From contig NC_021219.1 in the NCBI RefSeq assembly GCF_000392435.1, positions 360,001-392,000 of the forward strand: DNA of 32,000 nucleotides. The letters are read 5' to 3'. The stretch comes from Candidatus Saccharimonas aalborgensis (GTDB lineage Bacteria; Patescibacteriota; Saccharimonadia; Saccharimonadales; Saccharimonadaceae). Below the pieces are notes generated by a model that worked only from the letters and a program-made list of their open reading frames with translations, ran no database searches and was not told where the DNA came from. The translations under genes were made by a program, and so were the position numbers. Every line of letters starts with the position of its first letter. The stretch's first letter is position 1. Below are positions 1 through 10,506 of the stretch, in pieces.

Positions 1-602
<602 letters not shown>

Positions 603-612
603 TTATATCTCA

Positions 613-641
613 ATCATAGTAAGTTAGCACTCTCATGTCAA
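613..641 (-). promoter_or_regulatory. Putative sigma70-type promoter for dnaK
   Basis: On the minus strand, TTGACA (641..636) is followed by a 17-nt spacer and TATGAT (618..613). The -35 box sits in the spacer of the perfect CIRCE copy. Confidence 0.5.
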
Positions 642-650
642 GAGTGCTAA
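624..650. promoter_or_regulatory. CIRCE operator (HrcA binding site), perfect consensus copy
   Basis: TTAGCACTC-tcatgtcaa-GAGTGCTAA, an exact match to the 9-N9-9 CIRCE inverted repeat. Confidence 0.9.
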
Positions 651-684
651 CATTGTGTTATTAACATCATTTTAGCTAAAGCTA

Positions 685-1140
685 TCACTGACGCGTGACT
701 TTTACCATGGCGGGTCGGATGACACTATCTGCCAGCATATACCCAGCCTGAAGTTCAGCCGCGATAACTTCGTTCTCACCCTCTGCTTCATCAAACTGCA
801 CTGCTTGATGAAAATGAGGGTTGAACTGCACACCGGGCGCAGCGTCTATGCGGGTAACACCCAGCTCCGCGAGAGTTGCACTGAGCTGCTTTGCCAGACC
901 AACTACTCCCTGAACCCACTGGTTTTCAGAAAGCTCGCCTGGTGCATGCGAAATTGCCCGTTCAATCGTGTCAATAATGGGAAGGAGCTTGAGAACCATT
1001 TTCTCTTCCCCTCGCTCCATCATCTGCTGCTTCTCCATTTCGGCGCGTTTACGATAATTTTCAAAATCAGCGCGGGTACGCTGCAAGTCTCTCGTTAACT
1101 CAAGCAAATGATCTATCTCGTCAGTTTGCTTTTTTTTCAT
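685..1140 (-). CDS. grpE: Nucleotide exchange factor GrpE
   Basis: 151 aa. It has an N-terminal coiled coil (LQRTRADFENYRKRAEMEK, the typical GrpE ADFxNYRKR motif) and a C-terminal beta domain (GYMLADSVIRPAMVKV). RBS is aaaggag. It sits between hrcA and dnaK. Confidence 0.92.
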   Translation of the reverse strand: MKKKQTDEIDHLLELTRDLQRTRADFENYRKRAEMEKQQMMERGEEKMVLKLLPIIDTIERAISHAPGELSENQWVQGVVGLAKQLSATLAELGVTRIDAAPGVQFNPHFHQAVQFDEAEGENEVIAAELQAGYMLADSVIRPAMVKVTRQ

Positions 1141-1375
1141 TAGTTATCTCCTTTGCTTTGGCCAGTGTGTCGTGTTTGTGCTTGCCTTGTTGTGTACGAT
1201 GCGCATAAAAATAATACGTCAACGAGCCACTCACGCCAAATATCCCAAACATGATGCAAAAAATAACAAACGAGCGAACGTCACCACCGGTGATATCGAC
1301 GGAATACTTCAGTAGTAAACCGCCCGAAACAATAGCTACCACAAAACTCACAAGATAAAAATGATAACGACTCAT
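1121..1375 (-). CDS. Small hypothetical membrane protein (84 aa, two predicted TM helices) embedded in the heat-shock operon
   Basis: Start is the ATG at 1375, preceded by a strong GGAGGAGG RBS that lies within the hrcA 3' end. The protein has two hydrophobic stretches (FYLVSFVVAIVSGGLLL and FVIFCIMFGIFGVSGSL). It overlaps the grpE start by 20 nt. I recognised no family. Confidence 0.5.
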   Translation of the reverse strand: MSRYHFYLVSFVVAIVSGGLLLKYSVDITGGDVRSFVIFCIMFGIFGVSGSLTYYFYAHRTQQGKHKHDTLAKAKEITNEKKAN

Positions 1376-1379
1376 TTTT

Positions 1380-2096
1380 TTATAATACCTCCTCCAGCAT
1401 TGCACCAGTTCGCTTCACGAGCTGCATGGTACGTGCATAGTTTTGCCTAGTCGGGCCAATAACACCGATATAGCTACGATCGCTATAGGGGGATCGAAAC
1501 TTACTAATAATCAATGTCGCGCCGCTTGTCTTACCAATTGGGTTCTCGCTCCCGATGAAAACATTTAGTGGCTGGTTGGGTGAAGCCTCTCGAAGCCAGG
1601 GCTCGATATTATCGAGCAAGCTTGCGATCTTCTGCACATGTCCCCCAACCAAAAACTCCGGCTGACTGAAGAGATTACTGATACCGTTCATGTACAGCTC
1701 ACTACCTATCGTTGCAAATCCTAAGTTCCCCGTAAGTTCCACTAGACTATCAACTGCACTGCGAATAGCCCTGTCGCTATGAGCAATCTGAGCGGTGACG
1801 TGGGCCTCAATCGCTCGTGTACTACGATCAATTCCGCTAGGCAACTCTGACATCTGTGCATCAGTGATGCTGTTAACATAAAGACGATAGCCCCTATCGG
1901 TCGGGATACGTCCCGCACTAGTATGCGGCGCCGTGATGAGCCCGAGATCTTCAAGCCGTGCCATTTCAGATCGAATAGTTGCGCTGCTGACTCCAAAGAG
2001 TTTCGCCAGCGTCACACTACCTACCGGCACCGCTATCTCAGCATACTGCTCAATAATCGCCCCAAGTATCGCTTTTTGTCGTTCAGTGAGACTCAT
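1380..2096 (-). CDS. hrcA: Heat-inducible transcription repressor HrcA (short form, 238 aa)
   Basis: The N-terminal wHTH (LTERQKAILGAIIEQYAEIAVPVGSVTLAKLFGVSSATIRSEMARLEDLGLITAPHTSAGRIPTDRGYRLYV) and the C-terminal IGVIGPTRQNYARTM motif are both typical of HrcA. I chose the ATG at 2096 because the upstream GTG at 2123 would overlap the CIRCE site. Confidence 0.88.
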   Translation of the reverse strand: MSLTERQKAILGAIIEQYAEIAVPVGSVTLAKLFGVSSATIRSEMARLEDLGLITAPHTSAGRIPTDRGYRLYVNSITDAQMSELPSGIDRSTRAIEAHVTAQIAHSDRAIRSAVDSLVELTGNLGFATIGSELYMNGISNLFSQPEFLVGGHVQKIASLLDNIEPWLREASPNQPLNVFIGSENPIGKTSGATLIISKFRSPYSDRSYIGVIGPTRQNYARTMQLVKRTGAMLEEVL

Positions 2097-2116
2097 TACA
2101 AACAGTATAGCAAGAT

Positions 2117-2143
2117 CTAGCACTCGAAGTCAATGAGTGCCAA
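2117..2143. promoter_or_regulatory. CIRCE-like operator upstream of hrcA, overlapping its putative promoter
   Basis: CTAGCACTC-gaagtcaat-GAGTGCCAA, with one mismatch per arm against consensus. On the minus strand, TTGACT (2133..2128) sits in the spacer, followed by 18 nt and TATACT (2109..2104). Confidence 0.7.
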
Positions 2144-2215
2144 TAAACTTGATGGCGATTTTAAACTCAAGGAGTTATTGTTATTAGTCTGTATATACGC
2201 TATACTAAATCACCT

Positions 2216-2845
2216 ATGCAACAGGTTTCAGAAGCGGACCTCACCACCATCAAGGCGTGGCTCGGTGCAGGTTCTATTAATATATTTGGACGGCAATACG
2301 CCGGTAAAGATACGCAGTGTGAAAAACTTGCAGAGATTTTTGGCGGAGTGGTGCTAGGTGGAGGTGACATTCTCCGGCATGGCCAAACGCCACAGCACGT
2401 TCTCGATGCTATCAACTCAGGCGCGCTTTCTCCTACCGAGGAGTACAAAGCGATTGTCACACCATACCTTTCTCGGGATGAATTCGCCGGAAAACCACTC
2501 TTTCTGAGCAGCGTTGGACGCATGCAGGGCGAAGAGGAAGCTATTCTGGCTGCCACCGCACAAAGCGGACATGAGATTAAGGCAGTTATTTTCCTCGATA
2601 TTGATGAGTCAACCACCTGGAAACGTTTTCATGAGGCAAAAATTCACGGTACACGCGAAGATCGCACTGATGATGATGAGGAGGGTCTCAGGAAACGACT
2701 TGACCTCTATGAGAAGTTTACTATTCCTGTCATCAATAGGTATCGCGACTTAGGTCTGCTGATTCATATCGATGGCACTCCTAGTATTGAGCAAGTCGAT
2801 GCCGCCATCCTACGAGCACTCTTCGAGCGCGCCACAAACTCTTAG
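2216..2845 (+). CDS. Adenylate kinase-family nucleoside monophosphate kinase (paralog type)
   Basis: 209 aa. The P-loop FGRQYAGKDTQ corresponds to the Adk motif GxPGxGKGTQ. The NMP-binding-like GDILR and the overall length fit the Adk fold. The motifs are divergent, so the substrate is uncertain. Confidence 0.65.
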   Translation: MQQVSEADLTTIKAWLGAGSINIFGRQYAGKDTQCEKLAEIFGGVVLGGGDILRHGQTPQHVLDAINSGALSPTEEYKAIVTPYLSRDEFAGKPLFLSSVGRMQGEEEAILAATAQSGHEIKAVIFLDIDESTTWKRFHEAKIHGTREDRTDDDEEGLRKRLDLYEKFTIPVINRYRDLGLLIHIDGTPSIEQVDAAILRALFERATNS

Positions 2846-4629
2846 TCGCGTTTTAGCATCACCATAAAGGCCTCGCTTGGTATATCAACCTTCCCAAAGC
2901 GCTTCATACGTTTTTTGCCTCGTGCCTGTTTGGCGAGTAGCTTCTTTTTTCGACTTACATCACCGCCATAGAGGTATCCGGTCACGTCTTTGCGATACGC
3001 CCCCAGTGTTTCGCGTGCAATGAAGCGAGCGCCGATAGCTGCTTGCAGTGCAACTTCAAAGCTTTGACGAGGCACAACATCTTTTAGTTTTGCTACTATT
3101 TCCCTGCCAAGGGTCTGAGCCTCGCTGCGGTGTGCCATCACTGACAATGAGTCGACTATTTCTCCTGCAATGTAGAAATCAACGCGCACCAAGTCCTCTA
3201 CGCGATAATTGGCAAGTTCATAATTAAAACTGCCATAGCCACTAGTAACGCTTTTGAGCTGATCATAAAAATCAGTCAGGAGGTTTGCTAGTGGTGCCTC
3301 AAAACTAACAAGCGCTCTTTCGTCGATATAGCTCAGATTTGTTTGTCTACCACGTTTTGTCACTATTAGCTGGATGACCGTTCCTACAAACTCCTGTGGG
3401 ACGACAATCTCTCCCTTTATCCACGGCTCACGAATTTCACGAATCTTTGCAGGGTCTGGCAGACTACTAGCGCTCTTTATGTCAAGTTCTTCACCACTTG
3501 TCAGTGTTACCTGATAGTCGGTACTCGGATTTGTTACGACAAGATCCAGATCATATTCTCGCTCAAGACGCTCGCGGATGATATCCATATGAAGCAAGCC
3601 CAGAAACCCGATACGCACACCGTAGCCGAGAACCGGTGAATTCTCCGGCTCGAACTGAAGGGCACTATCACTCAGACTCAATTTCTCAATCGCGTCTTTG
3701 AGATCCTGATAGTCCTCGTTACTCACCGGGAAGAAGCCAGCGTAGACAAACGGTTTAACGTGTTTATATCCCGGCAGTGCAATAACTGTTTCGGGGAACT
3801 CTCGTTTTTCGATGACGATCGTATCCCCTACCCGTGCATCACGCGTTGTTTTGAGGTTAGTCACGATATAGCCGATTTGACCTGTAGAGAGCGTGCTATC
3901 TGCAACCATCGTCGGACTCAAGTGACCAACCTCCAGTGCTATGCCCTGCGCAGATGTACCAAGCATACTGATCTTATCGTTTTTTTGTATCTCGCCGTCA
4001 ACAACGCGTACGTATAAAATAACCCCTCTATAGTCATCGTAGTAACTATCAAAAATCAGCGCGCGAGTCCCAGTATCTACCGACCCTATCGGTGGTGGCA
4101 CACGATCTATTACCGCCCGCAACACTTGATCAACATTTTCACCGGTTTTGGCACTGATCTTGATAATATCTGATTCGTTGCAACCCAGCAGGTTTATCAC
4201 CTCCTTGGAAACTCGTGTCACGTCGGCCGCCGGCAAATCGACTTTATTGAGAACTGGTATAATAACCAGTTCTTGTTCGAGCGCAAGATAAACGTTTGCG
4301 AGCGTTTGCGCTTGTATTCCCTGACTTGCATCGACAACCAAAATTGCACCTTCACACGCCTGTAAACTCCGTGACACCTCGTAGCTAAAGTCGACGTGCC
4401 CTGGCGTATCGATCAGATTGAGATCATGCCCCTCCCACTTCATCCTAACGGGAGCAAGCTTGATCGTAATCCCTTTTTCGCGCTCGAGTTCCATACTATC
4501 GAGCAGCTGGCTCTTCATTTCGCGTTTGGTTACGGTGCTGGTAAGCTCCATCATGCGATCAGCAAGTGTGGACTTTCCATGGTCAATATGCGCAATGATA
4601 CAGAAATTACGAATGCTATCAGTATTCAT
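2842..4629 (-). CDS. lepA: Translation elongation factor 4 (LepA)
   Basis: 595 aa. GTPase motifs are present: IRNFCIIAHIDHGKSTLADR, DTPGHVDF, NKVDL. The C-terminal LepA-specific region (GGDVSRKKKLLAKQARGKKRMK) is also present. Confidence 0.96.
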   Translation of the reverse strand: MNTDSIRNFCIIAHIDHGKSTLADRMMELTSTVTKREMKSQLLDSMELEREKGITIKLAPVRMKWEGHDLNLIDTPGHVDFSYEVSRSLQACEGAILVVDASQGIQAQTLANVYLALEQELVIIPVLNKVDLPAADVTRVSKEVINLLGCNESDIIKISAKTGENVDQVLRAVIDRVPPPIGSVDTGTRALIFDSYYDDYRGVILYVRVVDGEIQKNDKISMLGTSAQGIALEVGHLSPTMVADSTLSTGQIGYIVTNLKTTRDARVGDTIVIEKREFPETVIALPGYKHVKPFVYAGFFPVSNEDYQDLKDAIEKLSLSDSALQFEPENSPVLGYGVRIGFLGLLHMDIIRERLEREYDLDLVVTNPSTDYQVTLTSGEELDIKSASSLPDPAKIREIREPWIKGEIVVPQEFVGTVIQLIVTKRGRQTNLSYIDERALVSFEAPLANLLTDFYDQLKSVTSGYGSFNYELANYRVEDLVRVDFYIAGEIVDSLSVMAHRSEAQTLGREIVAKLKDVVPRQSFEVALQAAIGARFIARETLGAYRKDVTGYLYGGDVSRKKKLLAKQARGKKRMKRFGKVDIPSEAFMVMLKRD

Positions 4630-6257
4630 TTCCTGCGTACCGAACCAAAGAAAATCTGTTGTAAACGCCGTACTACTGGATCGGCTTCAACCAAATGAAA
4701 CCATTTGCTTACCCATATATATATGCTAAAACTGACAAAAGCAATTATCATAAACTTTGGGAAGGTTGAGATAAAGTTTTGATCGTTATTGCGAAGTGGT
4801 AAGAGCGTGACGGTAAGGTAGGTTATAAGTGACATACTACCCGTCGCAATAGACATCTTACCCACCGCACCCACAAATGCACGCGTAAAAAACCCGGGCA
4901 TGCGCCGCCCAATGATACAAAATAAAATAACAACCTCAATAAGTGCCATAAGCGACTGTGCATATGCGAGACCATATACACCCCACCCAAATACTTGCGT
5001 AAATACGACGGCTAAGATAATGTTGAGACCAATCGAAAAAATTGACACGTAAAGTGGCGTCTTGGTGTCTTGCTGTGCATAAAACGCCCTAGCGGCAATG
5101 TGGTAAATTGTCCGAAACAAAATCGCCACAACGAGAACACCAAGCAAGCCTGATATCAGCGGAAAACCACCATTTTTGATAAAGTTGACGACGTACCCTC
5201 GAGCAAAAAAGGTGATTGCGGCAGTCGGCAGTGCTAACCATATGATGACACGCAGAATAGATCGCAGCTCTGACATAAAGAGGTCATTTCTGCCTTGGTT
5301 GAGACGTTCAGCCATTTTTGGAAACGCCGCGTTACTAATGGCAACACCAATGAGATTGACCGGCATAAGCGATAGTGCCGATGCCTGTTGATACGCACGG
5401 ATCGTTCCGTCAGCCATATGTGATGCAAGATTAGTCTCGACAAAGCCGTTGACATAATCAATCCCTTGGTCAAGCGATCGTGCTGGCAACAGTCTCAGTA
5501 CCTGACGAAACCCTTTGTTTTTCCAGCTGATCTTAAAGTGATAATCAAATCCAACCCCTAATAGACCAATGGCACTTACGACAAGCTGCATAATAGCTCC
5601 GAGTACAACTCCGAGCGCAACCCCCATGATTCCCCCCTCAAACACTTGATAGCCAAAGATGGTAATGCCATTCGTAAAGAACAGCGCACCGATAATAATT
5701 CCTATATTGTAAATAGTGGGTGCAAGCGCATAAAACATATAGCGTCCCACTGCTTGCTGCATGCTGGCAATCACCGTTGCAATCGCAAATAGGAAGGGGT
5801 TGACCGCGATCACGCGCATCATACTGACCGCCAGCGCATGGCCCGACTCATCGAGTCCTGGACTGATAATGTACACCAGCTGACTGGCAAATATCATAAT
5901 GAGAATACTCGCTACAAGAGTAATGAGGGCCATGAAGTTGATCATCGAGGAGCTCAACTCCCACGCAGATTTTTTGTTACCTGTATCAAGCCGCTGGTTA
6001 AACACTGGTATAAATGAAACGCCGAGCGCTCCGGAAACAAGGATGAAAAACATGAAGTCAGGAATAGTAAATGCAACAGTATAGGCGTCGATTCCTACGC
6101 GGTAACTATCGAGGTACAGCCCATTCAATAAACGATCACGGTAGAGACCAAGGAGTGACGAGAGGAGTGTTGAGCTTGCAAGCAAAATTGCAGCCCACTT
6201 TACAGACATTTTGCGATTGGCAAGATTGACCATTGAGCGCATTCGGTTTTGTGCCAT
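4626..6257 (-). CDS. murJ: Lipid II flippase MurJ/MviN family
   Basis: 543 aa polytopic membrane protein. The N-terminal region (SSLLGLYRDRLLNGLY...DAYTVAFTIPDFMFFILVSGALGVSFIPVF) matches the conserved MurJ N-terminus pattern. It overlaps lepA by 4 nt (ATGA). Confidence 0.82.
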   Translation of the reverse strand: MAQNRMRSMVNLANRKMSVKWAAILLASSTLLSSLLGLYRDRLLNGLYLDSYRVGIDAYTVAFTIPDFMFFILVSGALGVSFIPVFNQRLDTGNKKSAWELSSSMINFMALITLVASILIMIFASQLVYIISPGLDESGHALAVSMMRVIAVNPFLFAIATVIASMQQAVGRYMFYALAPTIYNIGIIIGALFFTNGITIFGYQVFEGGIMGVALGVVLGAIMQLVVSAIGLLGVGFDYHFKISWKNKGFRQVLRLLPARSLDQGIDYVNGFVETNLASHMADGTIRAYQQASALSLMPVNLIGVAISNAAFPKMAERLNQGRNDLFMSELRSILRVIIWLALPTAAITFFARGYVVNFIKNGGFPLISGLLGVLVVAILFRTIYHIAARAFYAQQDTKTPLYVSIFSIGLNIILAVVFTQVFGWGVYGLAYAQSLMALIEVVILFCIIGRRMPGFFTRAFVGAVGKMSIATGSMSLITYLTVTLLPLRNNDQNFISTFPKFMIIAFVSFSIYIWVSKWFHLVEADPVVRRLQQIFFGSVRRK

Positions 6258-6275
6258 AGGCCATCTTTCAAACTC

Positions 6276-8132
6276 CTAGTGGAGTTTTGCCTCCGCAGGC
6301 AACGTAGCATCTGCCATCAATTTGGTTGCCTCGTCTTCTTCCAATGTTTCAGATTCAATCAGCGCGTCTTTTAGTTTTTCAAGGATATCGCGATTAGTGC
6401 GAAGCACCGCCTCGGCACGGTGGCTTGCCTCCTTGATAAGTATTTCCACTTCACGATCGATTTGCTGGGCTGTCGCATCGCTATACGGACGTTCGTGAGT
6501 AATCTTATCAAACACCATGCCACCGGCGTCTTCATGAAAAACCTGGTCACGCAGTGTGGTCCCCATCCCTTGCTCGATCACCATGTCACGCGCAATCTCA
6601 GTCGCTTTGCGAAGATCGCTCCCCGCTCCGGTCGTCACACCATCAGCTCCATAAATAAGCTTTTCGGCAACCCGACCGCCCATAGCACGAGCGAGGATAT
6701 CCTTAAACTCATACACATTCGTATAGCTCTTGTCTTCTGGGGGTAGAAACCACGTCACTCCTCCGGTTCCACCACGCGGAATGATCGTCACTTTGTGGAC
6801 AGGGTCGCTATCCGGAAGCACATGCCCGACAATTGCATGACCGGCTTCATGATACGCGGTCATCTCTTTTTCTTGCTCGTTCATCACCTTTGCCTTGCGT
6901 TCAGGACCGATAGCAACCTTTTCAAACGCTTCAGTGAGGTCTTTGTTGCTAACACGTTTGGCATTGCGTCGTGCCGCAATAATCGCTGCCTCGTTGGCGA
7001 TGTTTGCCAAGTCCGCGCCCGAAGAACCCGCCGTCTTTGCTGCAAGTTTATCGAGGTTTACCGTATCGTCAGCGGGCTTATTTTTGAAATGCACCTTCAA
7101 GATAGCCTCGCGGTCTTTTCGCTCCGGCAAACTAATGGTTGTGCGGCGGTCAAAGCGACCAGGACGGAGAAGTGCCGGGTCGAGAACATCAGCACGGTTA
7201 GTGGCCGCCAAAACGATGACGTTCGTTCCTGTCTCAAACCCATCCATTTCGACGAGGATTTGATTGAGTGTTTGCTCACGCTCATCGTGACCACCGCCCA
7301 TGCCACTACCGCGTTTTCGTCCTACTGCATCAATTTCATCAATAAAGATGATCGAAGGAGCGTTCTTTTTGGCTTTTTGGAACAGATCGCGCACCCTGCT
7401 CGCACCAACACCGACAAACATTTCCACAAACTCACTTCCTGAGATACTAAAGAACGGTACATTCGCCTCACCCGCTACTGCACGCGCTAGCATTGTTTTT
7501 CCCGTTCCAGGGTTGCCTATCAGCAAAACTCCTTTTGGAATCTTGGCACCGAGACTCTCGTATTTCTTTGGGTGCTTCAAAAAATCAACCACTTCTTCCA
7601 AATCTTGCTTGGCATTGTCATTTCCAGCGATATCACTGAAGACAACTCGTTCTTTATCGAGACCGTATAGTTTTGCCTTACTCTTTCCAAAGCCCATGGC
7701 TTGGTTATTTTGGCCCTGTGCTTGACGCATCATGAACATAAAGAAGGCTGCAATCAAGATAATCGGCACGACAAGTGTCGCAATATTCCAAAGTGTATTA
7801 CCAGTCTCAGATGCAGGTGAATCACTGAGCGTCGTCTTGGTAGTATCGACTTTATTCTCCTTGATGAGCGTGCTGATACCACCAGTGAGATAGGATTTTT
7901 CGGTTGGCTTATCTTGCCCCTTCAGGGTGATTTGTAGTTCATTGCCCGAACCTTGGATTTTTGTAACATCACCATTATTTGCACGCCGAATCACGTCAGA
8001 TATATCAACATCTTTCATGCCGGTGTGTGGCGAAGTGATGGCCCAGACGGTCAATACGCCAAGGATCATGAGAGACCAAAAAAGTCCCAGCCGGACCAAA
8101 TTACTTACTTTACCTGTAGGGGGTTTTGCCAT
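6276..8132 (-). CDS. ftsH: ATP-dependent zinc metalloprotease FtsH
   Basis: 618 aa. Two N-terminal TM segments, AAA+ Walker A GNPGTGKT, Walker [13 protein letters not shown] region, and the zinc protease motif HEAGHAI. Confidence 0.97.
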   Translation of the reverse strand: MAKPPTGKVSNLVRLGLFWSLMILGVLTVWAITSPHTGMKDVDISDVIRRANNGDVTKIQGSGNELQITLKGQDKPTEKSYLTGGISTLIKENKVDTTKTTLSDSPASETGNTLWNIATLVVPIILIAAFFMFMMRQAQGQNNQAMGFGKSKAKLYGLDKERVVFSDIAGNDNAKQDLEEVVDFLKHPKKYESLGAKIPKGVLLIGNPGTGKTMLARAVAGEANVPFFSISGSEFVEMFVGVGASRVRDLFQKAKKNAPSIIFIDEIDAVGRKRGSGMGGGHDEREQTLNQILVEMDGFETGTNVIVLAATNRADVLDPALLRPGRFDRRTTISLPERKDREAILKVHFKNKPADDTVNLDKLAAKTAGSSGADLANIANEAAIIAARRNAKRVSNKDLTEAFEKVAIGPERKAKVMNEQEKEMTAYHEAGHAIVGHVLPDSDPVHKVTIIPRGGTGGVTWFLPPEDKSYTNVYEFKDILARAMGGRVAEKLIYGADGVTTGAGSDLRKATEIARDMVIEQGMGTTLRDQVFHEDAGGMVFDKITHERPYSDATAQQIDREVEILIKEASHRAEAVLRTNRDILEKLKDALIESETLEEDEATKLMADATLPAEAKLH

Positions 8133-8188
8133 GAATTAACTCATCCTTTTTACTGTCTGATTAAACTTATGTGAGTATCTCTGGTCAA

Positions 8189-9058
8189 TTATACTACCCG
8201 GACTTCAAAATATCGAGTCTTGCACACAATTTCCACCCCCTTTGCTACTTGGTGACATGATCCCGACCTGGCTGTCTTTACAAACAGAAGCGCGGCCTCA
8301 GCCTGCGGTCGTGTCGGTCTATAGCCGCTTAATCGCTCAACTACCGTTGCTATCAGCTCTCCTGCCGTAGCATTATCAAGTTGAATCATAAAATGACGTG
8401 ACGTGAGATCAGTTGTATGATAGCGCCTTTCCTCACTTTCAACGTCTTTCTTCAACTGAATCTGCTTTGCTCGCAAGCCCATCAGCGCAACTTTGTCCAG
8501 TTTTTTCCCCTGTGCCGCAAGCATACGACGAAGGCGATTTCTCTGGTAAATACTACTAGCGTTGGTTGAGTCCTCTACCCACTCTAATCGATGCTTGAGC
8601 GCATAGCGGTACAGCTGCGACTTTGAGAGTTCGATAAAAGGCCGCAAGATAGTAGGGCGATTCAATACTGCCAACCCCCTCCAGCCAGTGCCGCGCCATA
8701 GATTTAGTGCGATAGTCTCTATCGCATCATCTTGGTGGTGTGCCGTAACAATCGTTGCTTGATGGGTAGCGGCTTGTTGCAGTAGAAAATCATAGCGGGC
8801 ATTCCTCGCCTCCTCCTCGCTCGCGTTCGGACCGAGCGAAAGCTGAGTCGATACATACGGCAAGTGATATTGCTTAGCGAGCTCGCTTACAAAACGTTCA
8901 TCGGCTGCGCTGTCTGAACGTATTCCATGATCGACATGCGCAACAATCAGCGTTTCCGTCTGTCGCGCTACCATCATATGAAGCAGGCAAACGCTATCTA
9001 TACCACCGCTGATTGCCAACAAAAGCGGGGAAGTGATTGGCACGGCTGCAATCGCCAT
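8189..9058 (-). CDS. tilS: tRNA(Ile)-lysidine synthase TilS (short form, 289 aa)
   Basis: PP-loop motif SGGIDSVCLL near the N-terminus, and the conserved tilS-ftsH neighbourhood. It is shorter than the E. coli type, lacking the extra C-terminal domain. Confidence 0.85.
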   Translation of the reverse strand: MAIAAVPITSPLLLAISGGIDSVCLLHMMVARQTETLIVAHVDHGIRSDSAADERFVSELAKQYHLPYVSTQLSLGPNASEEEARNARYDFLLQQAATHQATIVTAHHQDDAIETIALNLWRGTGWRGLAVLNRPTILRPFIELSKSQLYRYALKHRLEWVEDSTNASSIYQRNRLRRMLAAQGKKLDKVALMGLRAKQIQLKKDVESEERRYHTTDLTSRHFMIQLDNATAGELIATVVERLSGYRPTRPQAEAALLFVKTARSGSCHQVAKGVEIVCKTRYFEVRVV

Positions 9059-9066
9059 ACATCCCC

Positions 9067-9648
9067 CTAGTAGGTATCGACTCTGAGTTCGAGGAGATCA
9101 ATCAGATCGCTAAGCCGAGTCGCGTAAAAGTAGCGTGCGACATCTTTGCTTTCAACCGTATAACTATTGTCACTTCCTGCCTCTTTTAGACGCTTATTGT
9201 AATCTTTAAGCGCGGGTACGAAGTGGCGTTCTTTATTTTTATAGAAATCAAAGGCCAACTTTGCATCCCGATCCTTCCACACAGTTAGTTTCTCTAACTC
9301 GGTAGTTTTGTCTTCAAGCTTCTGGATTGCTTTGTCAACTTTTGACTGATTGTCGCTATAGACTAGTTCATCGGTAGCGATAGTATTGATATCTTTTGCT
9401 ATATCTAGTGCTTTCTGATACTCAGCTTTCGATGGGCGGCTATTGAGCAACGCATAACTCACACCACCCGCAATCGCCAGCAACAGTACTAAACTGCCAG
9501 CAACGATACTGATAATGAGCTTTCTCCGTGAATAGCCCTTTTGTGGCTGTTCCCCTTTGGTTGTATTTACTTGTGGCAATACATCTTTACTTGCCGCTTG
9601 TTTCTTTTTAGCTGTCGGACGAGTTGACTTCACCGCACTATCATCCAT
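9067..9648 (-). CDS. Hypothetical membrane-anchored protein
   Basis: 193 aa. Basic/polar N-terminus, a single TM helix (LIISIVAGSLVLLLAIAGGVSYALL), then a helical K/E-rich ectodomain. No motif recognised. Confidence 0.5.
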   Translation of the reverse strand: MDDSAVKSTRPTAKKKQAASKDVLPQVNTTKGEQPQKGYSRRKLIISIVAGSLVLLLAIAGGVSYALLNSRPSKAEYQKALDIAKDINTIATDELVYSDNQSKVDKAIQKLEDKTTELEKLTVWKDRDAKLAFDFYKNKERHFVPALKDYNKRLKEAGSDNSYTVESKDVARYFYATRLSDLIDLLELRVDTY

Positions 9649-9776
9649 GGTAACTCCTTTTGCTTAGCATGATCATGTCGCTTCGCGCATCAGTATAGCA
9701 GAGTTAGGCATCCTTTTGCATACATATAGCAGCAAGTGCTACAATACAACCAGAAGTTCTAATGGAGGTTATTATC

Positions 9777-10454
9777 ATGAGTGAATCGACGAAACCACAG
9801 GGGCATATTACGCTCACCTATTTAGGTGCGGTCGTGTCTGTGCTATTGGCGCTCGCAGCATCAAGTAGTGTTATCGCAAGTCTCATGCTCATGTGGTCAA
9901 ACACGGGAATGGGGATGTACATGGCAGCACTAGGTTCATCATTGCTTATGGGAACCGACGTATTCACGGGCACCATTTCAAGTGCCGTTGCAGCCGGCGT
10001 CTTTGCATTCCTGGCTTTCTGGCTGTACAAAAAGACAACCAAAGACATTGCCTCGCAACCCGAGTACGTTCACCGAGCACCCTACGCATTTGTGACTAAT
10101 ACCTTTGTTGGTACCCTTGCGCTGATCGTTATCCTACTTGCGAGCAGCCTCGTATCTATCTTGATCTCTTCGCTGATGCTGATTGGTACGAGTGCCGACA
10201 TTGGTCAGATGTACCTGCAAAGATTTTTGCCACAGCTCATTGGACTTGGATTTGTTGGGTTTATTGGTTATTGCGCTTACAATATCTACCGCGGCAAAAA
10301 CATGAGCAAGCTCATGACGCTGGTTCTCATGGGTGTTGCCGGTGCGCTACTTGTCGCGACACTCATCACCGTTCCTATCAAGGCACATACTGGCTCAAGC
10401 AACTCTTCGTCGAGTAGCCGCAGCAGCAACTACAGTAGCCTTTACGACTACTAG
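9777..10454 (+). CDS. Hypothetical polytopic membrane protein with a Ser-rich C-terminal tail
   Basis: Start is the ATG at 9777, with GGAGG 9 nt upstream (the ORF-track start is 9762). About 5-6 hydrophobic segments. The tail is GSSNSSSSSRSSNYSSLYDY. Confidence 0.55.
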   Translation: MSESTKPQGHITLTYLGAVVSVLLALAASSSVIASLMLMWSNTGMGMYMAALGSSLLMGTDVFTGTISSAVAAGVFAFLAFWLYKKTTKDIASQPEYVHRAPYAFVTNTFVGTLALIVILLASSLVSILISSLMLIGTSADIGQMYLQRFLPQLIGLGFVGFIGYCAYNIYRGKNMSKLMTLVLMGVAGALLVATLITVPIKAHTGSSNSSSSSRSSNYSSLYDY

Positions 10455-10475
10455 TTGTTGGGAGACTCTCAAACC

Positions 10476-10505
10476 AATACGCCGCTATAACAAGTGCGGC
10501 GTATT
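10476..10505. terminator. Bidirectional hairpin terminator between convergent genes
   Basis: AATACGCCGC-tataacaagt-GCGGCGTATT, a perfect 10-bp stem, followed by TGTT on the plus strand. Confidence 0.6.
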
Positions 10506-10506
10506 G

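Noticed and set aside
6420-8174. Multiple plus-strand ORFs (up to 215 aa) inside ftsH; similar antisense ORFs occur inside lepA, murJ, the 392-aa gene, the polymerase gene, the flavoprotein gene and the ABC genes
   Set aside because: These are shadow ORFs antisense to strongly supported genes. Their compositions are Arg/Ser/Cys-rich and unlike real proteins, they have no RBS, and each is fully nested in a gene with clear family motifs.
10390-10445. Serine-codon-rich stretch (agc/tcg/agt runs) as a possible tandem repeat or contingency locus
   Set aside because: It is not a regular repeat unit. It simply encodes a low-complexity Ser-rich C-terminal tail (SSNSSSSSRSSNYSS) with mixed codons.
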